A stretch of DNA of 64,000 nt, taken from NCBI GenBank assembly GCA_965223795.1, contig CBDCXL010000002.1:2048001-2112000 (forward strand), in the 5' to 3' direction. Both the position numbers and the translations under genes were made by a program. Positions 57,550-64,000 of this stretch are shown in pieces; within the stretch, counting starts at the first letter, position 1, and every line of letters starts with the position of its first letter. This stretch comes from Nitrospinales bacterium (GTDB lineage Bacteria; Nitrospinota; Nitrospinia; Nitrospinales; VA-1). The notes below the pieces were generated by a model. The model was not told the DNA's origin and did no database searches. It worked only from the letters and a program-made list of their open reading frames with translations.

Positions 57550-57751
57550 GCCGGTCCGCCGGAGTCACCTGAGCAACCATTCCCCCCGTTTGCTCGAATC
57601 GAAAACGCGTTGCCCTCGATGGACCGTTGCGGTTCCGCGCCTGCTTTAGAGCCGCGCCTGCATCCGTTTCCTTCCCTCGACAATTCTGTAATGTCTGTAA
57701 TGAAAATCGATGCTGTTGTGCGTGCGGGTTGCGTCCGGCGCCGGGATCGAT

Positions 57752-58756
57752 TCATGGAGAATACGGAATCGTGTCGGAAACCGGGGTGAGGCCCAGCGAT
57801 TCGATCATCTCCCGGTCCTTTTTCGGGTCCTGACCCTTGGTGGTCAGGTAGTTCCCTCCAAGAATGCCGTTGGCTCCGGCGGCGAACAGTTTTTCCTGAT
57901 GCGCCGCGAACACTTCTTCCCGACCGCCACAGACGAACAGATCCATTTTCGGAAGCACCAGCCTGAGCAGGGAGATGGTGAGCAGGGCTTCGTAGAGACC
58001 GATGACGGACAGGTGATCGAGCCCGGTGCCGTCTATGGGTTTTAAAAAGTTGATCGGGAAGGACTGCGTGTCGAGCGTCTTGATGTCGAAGGCCAGCTCC
58101 ACGCGCTGGGCGTGGGTTTCGCCCATGCCGAAGATGCCGCCGACGCACACCGGCAGTCCCACCTCCTGAGCGTTCCTCACGGCCCGCACTTCGTCCTGGT
58201 AGCTGTGTGTGGTGACGATGTTTTCGAAATGGCTGGCGGCGGTTTCCAGATTGTGGTGGCAGCGGTCGAGCCCGGCGTCCTTCAACTCCTGCATGTTCTC
58301 CTTGCTCATCAGCCCGAGCGAGCAGCAGGTCTCGAGTTTGGTTTCCTCCTTGATGCGGCGGATCGCCTGCTTGACCTTTTCCAGCTCTTCGCGGCTGTCC
58401 ATGGCGGTTCCCGAGGCGACGATGGAAAACTCGTTGGCGCCGAAGGACTCGGCTTCTTTCGCCGCGGCGACGATCTGGTCCACATCCATCAGTCCGTACT
58501 CCGGCGACTCGGTCTCAAACGAGCTGGACTGGGCGCAGAAGGAACAGTCCTCGACGCATTTACCCGATTTGGCGTTGACGATGGAGCAGATCTTGACCTC
58601 ATCGCCCTTGAAACGGTCGCGGATTTTGTCGGTTCCGAGGAACAGGTAGTCGAGCTCCTCCTGGTTCAAGGTCTCAAGCGCCAGCGCCTGTTCTTTTGAG
58701 ATTCCCTGCCCATCCAGGGCGGAATCGATCATGCTGTCGATCAGTTCTTTTCTCAT
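57752..58756 (-). CDS. bioB: Biotin synthase
   Basis: NAKSGKCVEDCSFCAQS, CCSLG, HHNLET, GGIFGMGE, PINFL and GNYLTT. Confidence 0.93.
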   Translation of the reverse strand: MRKELIDSMIDSALDGQGISKEQALALETLNQEELDYLFLGTDKIRDRFKGDEVKICSIVNAKSGKCVEDCSFCAQSSSFETESPEYGLMDVDQIVAAAKEAESFGANEFSIVASGTAMDSREELEKVKQAIRRIKEETKLETCCSLGLMSKENMQELKDAGLDRCHHNLETAASHFENIVTTHSYQDEVRAVRNAQEVGLPVCVGGIFGMGETHAQRVELAFDIKTLDTQSFPINFLKPIDGTGLDHLSVIGLYEALLTISLLRLVLPKMDLFVCGGREEVFAAHQEKLFAAGANGILGGNYLTTKGQDPKKDREMIESLGLTPVSDTIPYSP

Positions 58757-58878
58757 GGCTCACATTCCGCGTGTCCGCGGACCCGGTCGTTCAGGTTTGG
58801 ACCCGGCGCGCCCAGCGTGAATCCGCCGGCCGTTCAGGGCCGCGGGCTGCGCGCAAATGCCGGAAAGGATTGCCTGAA

Positions 58879-58907
58879 ATACTACCATTGAAGCCCCTTA
58901 AGAGCAA
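58879..58907 (-). promoter_or_regulatory. sigma70-like promoter for bioB
   Basis: Minus strand TTGCTC-N17-TAGTAT, ~120 nt upstream of the ATG. Confidence 0.5.
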
Positions 58908-58914
58908 ATGCACC

Positions 58915-60990
58915 TCATTCGTATCGCAGCAGTTCCACCAGCGCCTCGGTGCTGGTGACGGGAGCGAGGCAGGTTCCCTGCCGGCACACGTAGGCGGCGG
59001 GACCCCCTTTGACCGGCTTGCGGCCGGCGAGCAGCGGGATTTCCGGTTCCCTGCCGCCGGAATCGGCGAACGCGAACACGGCGTTGGGGAAAAACTGCGT
59101 GCGGATGGTTTTGAGCATGTTCTGCGTTTCGGGGTGATCCTCTGGGCCGACGATGGCGACTTCCTTGAGTCCGCCCAGGTACAGGTGCAGCGCCTGCATC
59201 ATGAACGACGAGTTCATGCCGAATTCCATCAGGTCCTCATGGAAGGTGGTGAAGATGTTCTCCGCCCGCTGGATCAGGGCCGGGTCCTGCAGGTAGGCGG
59301 CGAGCCTCAGCCAGGCGAGCGCGGCGTTGCTGTTGCCGGAGGGCTCGACGCCATCGTATCCCGAAATCAGCCGCACGATCAGGTTTTCTGCGTCGCTCGC
59401 GGTTTCGTAGTACGCGCCGCTCTCGGATGCGAACCGGTCCTGCACCTCCTGCATCAGCTTTTCGGCTGCCTCGATGTATTTGGGGTCGTAAGTCGCTTCG
59501 TAAAGATCGAGGCAGGCCACGGCGATGGCGGTGTGGTCGAACAGGTACGCGTCGTAACGCGCTTCGCCTTCGCGGTGGCGGCGCAGCAGGCGGCCGCGCT
59601 CGTCGCGCAGATGCGTCAGGATGAACGCCATCGCGCGTTCGGCTTTTTCGATGCGGTCCGCATCGTCGAGCACGCGGCCGGTTTTCGCCATGGCGGTGAT
59701 CATCAGCCCGTTCCAGGAGGTGAGGATCTTGTCATCGAGTAGCGGGCGGATGCGCTTGCTGCGCGCTTCGAGCAGCAGTGCGCGGGCTTTGACGATTTCA
59801 TTCTTCGCCATGTCTTCGGTGACTCCCTGCTCTTTGGCGACTTCCGCGATCGGCCGGGTGACGTTGGGGATGTTCTTGCCCTCGAAGTTGCCCGCCTGGG
59901 TGATGTTGTAATAGGGCACGGCGATGCTTGCGGTCTTGTGGCCCAGGATCTGCTGCACCTCAGCAAGTGTCCACACGTAGAATTTCCCCTCGACGCCCTC
60001 GCTGTCCGCGTCCTCGGCGCTGAAGAACGCGCCTTCCTTAGACGTCATGTCACGGTCGATGTAGTGCAGCACGTCGTTGGCGTACTCGGCGAACTCGGCG
60101 TTGCCGGTGACCTGGTGGGTTTCGATGAGCGCGGTGACGAACAGGGAGTTGTCGTACAGCATCTTTTCGAAATGCGGGACCAGCCATTTGTAGTCGGTGC
60201 TGTAACGGGACAGGCCGCCGCCGATCTGATCGTAGATGCCGCCGTTCTTCATGGCGCGCAGCGTGTTTTCCGTCATCTCCAGGGCGCGCGCGTCACCGGT
60301 GCGCTTGTGATTGCGCAGCAGCAGCGAGAGCCCCATCGAAGGGGGAAATTTGTTCTGCTGTTGAAACGCGAAGCCGTGATTCAGGGAATCGTAGTGCCGG
60401 TTGTACAGCTCGCAGGCTTTGTCCTCGCCGTCGAACGACAGGGTGTCGAGCGAACCGGGACGGGTCTGCTTTTCAGAAGACTGTTTGATGGCGTTGACGA
60501 TGGCCGCGCCCTGCTTTTCCACCTTTTCGTATTCGTTGTGCCAGGTGTTGGACAGAAACTGCAGCACATCGCGGAACGAAGGCAGGTTGAAGCGCCGCTC
60601 GGGGGGAAAATAGGTGCCGCCGTAGAACGGAATGCCGTCGGGCGTGACGAACACGTTCAACGGCCAGCCGCCCTGCTGTCCCAGGTTCTGCAGCGCCTGC
60701 ATGTAGATGCTGTCGACGTCCGGCCGTTCCTCGCGGTCCACCTTGATGCTGACGAAATGCTCGTTGAGGAATTTCGCCAGATGCGGGTCCTCGAAGGATT
60801 CGCGTTCCATCACGTGGCACCAGTGGCAGGTGGCGTAGCCGATGCTGACCAGCACGGGCAGGTTTTTTTCTTTCGAGATGCGGAACGGTTCCTCGCCCCA
60901 GGGGTGCCAGTCGACCGGGTTGTGCGCGTGCTGCAGAAGGTAGGGGCTCTTCTCGTGCACCAGTTTGTTGGTGTAGGGATGCTTGTCCAA
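58915..60990 (-). CDS. YyaL/SSP411 thioredoxin-domain protein (DUF255 plus alpha/alpha barrel)
   Basis: [41 protein letters not shown] and [10 protein letters not shown]. Confidence 0.93.
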   Translation of the reverse strand: MDKHPYTNKLVHEKSPYLLQHAHNPVDWHPWGEEPFRISKEKNLPVLVSIGYATCHWCHVMERESFEDPHLAKFLNEHFVSIKVDREERPDVDSIYMQALQNLGQQGGWPLNVFVTPDGIPFYGGTYFPPERRFNLPSFRDVLQFLSNTWHNEYEKVEKQGAAIVNAIKQSSEKQTRPGSLDTLSFDGEDKACELYNRHYDSLNHGFAFQQQNKFPPSMGLSLLLRNHKRTGDARALEMTENTLRAMKNGGIYDQIGGGLSRYSTDYKWLVPHFEKMLYDNSLFVTALIETHQVTGNAEFAEYANDVLHYIDRDMTSKEGAFFSAEDADSEGVEGKFYVWTLAEVQQILGHKTASIAVPYYNITQAGNFEGKNIPNVTRPIAEVAKEQGVTEDMAKNEIVKARALLLEARSKRIRPLLDDKILTSWNGLMITAMAKTGRVLDDADRIEKAERAMAFILTHLRDERGRLLRRHREGEARYDAYLFDHTAIAVACLDLYEATYDPKYIEAAEKLMQEVQDRFASESGAYYETASDAENLIVRLISGYDGVEPSGNSNAALAWLRLAAYLQDPALIQRAENIFTTFHEDLMEFGMNSSFMMQALHLYLGGLKEVAIVGPEDHPETQNMLKTIRTQFFPNAVFAFADSGGREPEIPLLAGRKPVKGGPAAYVCRQGTCLAPVTSTEALVELLRYE

Positions 60991-61005
60991 ACCGAACCTG
61001 CTTTT

Positions 61006-62268
61006 CTAATGGGTGCGAATGGCCTCGAAGCGCTGGAAAAAATCGGGAAAAGATTTATCCACGCAACGGGGATTGATGATCCGGACGCCGGGAACCCTGA
61101 GCCCGGCGACCGCGAAACTCATCGCCATGCGGTGGTCGTGATAGGTCTCGATCTCAGCGCCTTTGAGCGGCCCCGGTGAAACGGTCAGGCTGTCCGGGCC
61201 GCTTTGTACCGTCGCGCCCAGGCGGGTGAGCTCGTTTTCCAGCGCCTGAATGCGGTCGGTCTCCTTGATCCTCAGATTGGCGATCCCGTTCATCACGGTT
61301 TCGCCTTCGGCGAACAGGGCGACCACGGCAAGGGTCTGCACGGCGTCGGGCATGCTGTTCATATTGATGACGATTCCCTTCAGGGGGTTTCCCCGCAGGC
61401 GGATTTTTTCCGCCGATGTTTCCACTGTACAGCCCATTTTGCGCAGCACCTCCAGAAATCCGGCGTCGCCCTGGACGCTGTCCGGGTTGAGCCCGGTGAG
61501 CGTGATATCGCCGCCTGTCACCGCCGCCGCGGCGAGGAAATAGGAGGCGCTGGACCAGTCCGCCTCGACCTGGTAGGTGCGCGGCCGGTAGGTTTTGCCG
61601 GCGGTGACGCGGAATGAGGCGTGGCTCTCATTTTCTGCATCGACACCGAATGCCCGCATGATGTCGAGGGTGATGTCGGCGTAGGATTTGGAGGTGAGGT
61701 CGCCCTGGATGCGGATCATGGTGTCGCCCGCGAAATACGGCGCGCACAGCAGAAGCGAGGTCAGGTACTGCGAACTTTTGTCGCCGGCGAGCGTGACTTC
61801 GCCGCCGGGAACGCGCCCGCCTTCGATTCTGAGCGGCGGGCACTGGTTGCCGCGCACCGAAACGGCGGCGATGTTCATCTGGTTGAGGCAGTCGAGCAGG
61901 TCCCCGATGGGCCGCTGCTGCATGCGTTCGTCGCCCGTGAGATGCGTGACCCCTTCGGCGAGGGCGGCGAAGGTGGTCAGAAACCGCATCGTGGTGCCGG
62001 CGTTGCCGACGAAGATTTCCTCTTTCGGGGCGTTCATGCGGCCGCCGCGTCCGCTCACCACCAGCGCGTCGTCCTGCTTTTTTATCGCGATGCCGAAACC
62101 GTGGAGCGCACGCTGCATGTATTTCGTGTCGTCGCTGATGAGCGGGTTTTCCAGGCGCGATTCGCCTTCGGCCAGGGCGGCGATCAGCAGCGCCCGGTTG
62201 GTGTAGCTTTTAGAGGGGGGGACCGCGATGGTGGCGGTGATGTTGGCTGCGGGTTCGATCTCGATCAT
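61006..62268 (-). CDS. aroA: 3-phosphoshikimate 1-carboxyvinyltransferase (EPSP synthase)
   Basis: SKSYTNR, GNAGTTMR, SSQY, RIKETDR and DHRMAM. Confidence 0.96.
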   Translation of the reverse strand: MIEIEPAANITATIAVPPSKSYTNRALLIAALAEGESRLENPLISDDTKYMQRALHGFGIAIKKQDDALVVSGRGGRMNAPKEEIFVGNAGTTMRFLTTFAALAEGVTHLTGDERMQQRPIGDLLDCLNQMNIAAVSVRGNQCPPLRIEGGRVPGGEVTLAGDKSSQYLTSLLLCAPYFAGDTMIRIQGDLTSKSYADITLDIMRAFGVDAENESHASFRVTAGKTYRPRTYQVEADWSSASYFLAAAAVTGGDITLTGLNPDSVQGDAGFLEVLRKMGCTVETSAEKIRLRGNPLKGIVINMNSMPDAVQTLAVVALFAEGETVMNGIANLRIKETDRIQALENELTRLGATVQSGPDSLTVSPGPLKGAEIETYHDHRMAMSFAVAGLRVPGVRIINPRCVDKSFPDFFQRFEAIRTH

Positions 62269-62448
62269 GCCGGATTTTAGGCTCTCTTCATGCGGGGAAA
62301 AGGCTCACTATATCATATCGTCCGGCGGCTTTCGCCGGCCCCGGGCCGGTCTTGTTTCCGGGGGCCAGGTTTGGTATGCTTTCGATGCGCTTTTCCTCCG
62401 TATATTACATGCAAGGCACTCAAATTAAAGGTTTTTGACGGTGAGTTG

Positions 62449-62739
62449 ATGGAGAAGAAAAAACAATCCCTGTGGTACCGGTTGTGGGACCACAAATCGG
62501 AACAGGAGAAACAACGGCTCAAGTCCTACATCCCGTTGTTTCTGTATACCGCCGCGTTCGTTTACGGCGTCATCTACCTGTCCATCCTGAACACGGTGAA
62601 CCGCTACAACAGCGGCGCCACGGTCAAGTCCTGGTTCGGCGGCGACCGGCCGGAAGTCATCGCCGCACGGCAAAAGGAAAAGACGCAGATCGAGGAAAGT
62701 TTCTCTCAGTTACGCAAACGGGTTTCCGGCGGCCGCTAG
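62449..62739 (+). CDS. Small single-TM hypothetical protein
   Basis: ATG 62449; one hydrophobic segment (IPLFLYTAAFVYGVIYLSIL). Confidence 0.6.
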   Translation: MEKKKQSLWYRLWDHKSEQEKQRLKSYIPLFLYTAAFVYGVIYLSILNTVNRYNSGATVKSWFGGDRPEVIAARQKEKTQIEESFSQLRKRVSGGR

Positions 62740-62771
62740 CAGGCGCGCCGGACTTAAAAAAAGAGGGTTGT

Positions 62772-63317
62772 GTGAAACGTCTGGTCTATACGTTCAACAT
62801 GTTCTATCTGTTCTCCCTGTCCCTGTGGGTGGCGGGGATGTTTCTGCTCGGCATCCTGGTCGAGGTCATGGTGCGCGTGAACCTGCGCGAGCAGCCTGAG
62901 ATTGGCAGCAAGATCATGAACAAGATCATGGACGTCTACAACGTGAATATCATCTACACCTGCATCGGTCTGATTCTTGCCGCTGAACTGGTTCGCTTTC
63001 TGGTGCACAAATATGGAAAGGTGGGGCTTGAAACGCAAAGGGTGACGAAGCGCCGCTACACGCGGGAGGTGCTGCTCGCGATCATGGTCGTTCTGGCGAT
63101 TTACATGGGGAGCGTTCTCCGGCCGCAGATGCACGAAGTGGACAAGTTGAAAAAAGCCAATCCCGCAGATCAGAAACTGCAGATTCAGTTCGACCGGTTC
63201 CATTCCAAATTCACCTGGATCTACTCCGTCAACATGATCCTCGGATTGTCCTTGTTTTACATACACGGCAAGGAAATGGTGCGGTTTAGAGAGGAGCCGC
63301 AGGATGCTGCGACCTGA
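62772..63317 (+). CDS. DUF4149-like four-TM membrane protein
   Basis: SLWVAGM, four TM segments and FDRFHSKFTWIY; GTG start. Confidence 0.7.
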   Translation: MKRLVYTFNMFYLFSLSLWVAGMFLLGILVEVMVRVNLREQPEIGSKIMNKIMDVYNVNIIYTCIGLILAAELVRFLVHKYGKVGLETQRVTKRRYTREVLLAIMVVLAIYMGSVLRPQMHEVDKLKKANPADQKLQIQFDRFHSKFTWIYSVNMILGLSLFYIHGKEMVRFREEPQDAAT

Positions 63318-63363
63318 TCGTCTTCCCATCCGATCTTTCCGGTTGAAAAGTTGAATCTGTTTG

Positions 63364-64000
63364 ATGTCAAACCGCCTTTCGCATGCTTTCCTCACTGTTT
63401 GTCTGATCCTGATCTGGACCGTGGCGGTCGTCTCTCCGGCCGGGGCCATGCATGCGGATGAAGCGCACGAAGAGGCGGATCATTCGCACCCCGAGGAGGA
63501 AGCCTCCGAGCCTGCCGAAGAGAAACACGATTTTTCCCTGATGGTGAAGATTGCCTCGGGGACGTTCAAACGGGGTTCCACGTTCGAGCAGACCAAAGAA
63601 TACCTGCAGTGGTGCCGCGAGCACGACAAGGGCTGCGAGTTGTGGTGGTTCAACGACGAGTTTCCCGCCAAGCTGGTTTATCTCGACAGTTACTGGATCG
63701 ACATGTTCGAGGTCACCAACGAGGATTACCTGGAGTTCGTGCAGGCCACGGGGCACCGCCCGGCGCTGGACGATTCCTGCGAAACGAAAAAATGCAGGGA
63801 AGGCAATCTGTGGGACGGTGCGTCGTTTCCCAAGAGCATCCGCAGGCAGCCGGTGACGCAGGTGAGCTGGTTCGATGCGGACGCCTACTGCCGCTGGCGG
63901 GGCAAGCGCCTGCCCAGCGAGGCGGAGTGGGAAAAAGCGGCGCGCGGTCCGAGCGGCAATGTCTATCCCTGGGGTCTGGATTCGCCGAAAGGCCGCGCCA
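63364..64000 (+). CDS. Formylglycine-generating enzyme (SUMF1/FGE-sulfatase) family exported protein, truncated by the window edge
   Basis: Manual translation: signal peptide, His/Glu-rich linker, MVKIASGTFKRGS, EVTNEDY and PVTQVSWFDADAYCRWRGKRLPSEAEWEKAARG, YPWG. Confidence 0.9.
   Translation, partial: MSNRLSHAFLTVCLILIWTVAVVSPAGAMHADEAHEEADHSHPEEEASEPAEEKHDFSLMVKIASGTFKRGSTFEQTKEYLQWCREHDKGCELWWFNDEFPAKLVYLDSYWIDMFEVTNEDYLEFVQATGHRPALDDSCETKKCREGNLWDGASFPKSIRRQPVTQVSWFDADAYCRWRGKRLPSEAEWEKAARGPSGNVYPWGLDSPKGRA

Noticed and set aside
58757..58880. 6S RNA or SAM riboswitch upstream of bioB
   Set aside because: Too short for 6S, and no SAM-I consensus core was recognised; kept only as an unknown leader.
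1..64000. CRISPR arrays, tRNA/rRNA genes, IS elements, prophage or defence genes
   Set aside because: No repeat-spacer periodicity, cloverleaf or rRNA signature, or transposase/integrase/nuclease motif was seen by eye. A covariance-model scan would be needed to exclude small RNAs.

Overview
GC-rich bacterial chromosomal window, almost all protein-coding. Gene content suggests a Nitrospina/deltaproteobacterium-like Gram-negative organism, but this is an impression, not a tested result. I recognised no rRNA, tRNA, CRISPR array, transposase or phage gene. Contents in order: (1) ybbA/tesA-like pair, TrpD-like gene, radical SAM plus CDP-alcohol phosphatidyltransferase, Lon-N protein. (2) A tight three-gene unit: glutathionylspermidine-synthetase-like ATP-grasp ligase, glutaredoxin, KamA-type lysine 2,3-aminomutase; this is the best candidate for an undescribed pathway. 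(3) An MshL/MshM/MshN-like secretin module. (4) A flagellar block (AMIN/TPR protein, FlgS/FlgR-like pair, flgC-fliFGHIJ, MotE-like) lacking flgB and fliE, with two sigma54 promoters, two GTCA-N6-TGAC boxes and a back-to-back sigma28-like promoter. (5) c-di-GMP genes (GGDEF, HDOD, HD-GYP) around a PncA-PncB fusion. (6) A frameshifted M20 peptidase. (7) A ~20 kb LPS/surface-glycan region with three ArnT-like paralogs. (8) Housekeeping genes (DDAH, GGCT, thioredoxin, bioB, YyaL, aroA, FGE-family). All calls come from motif recognition by eye; no database search was run.
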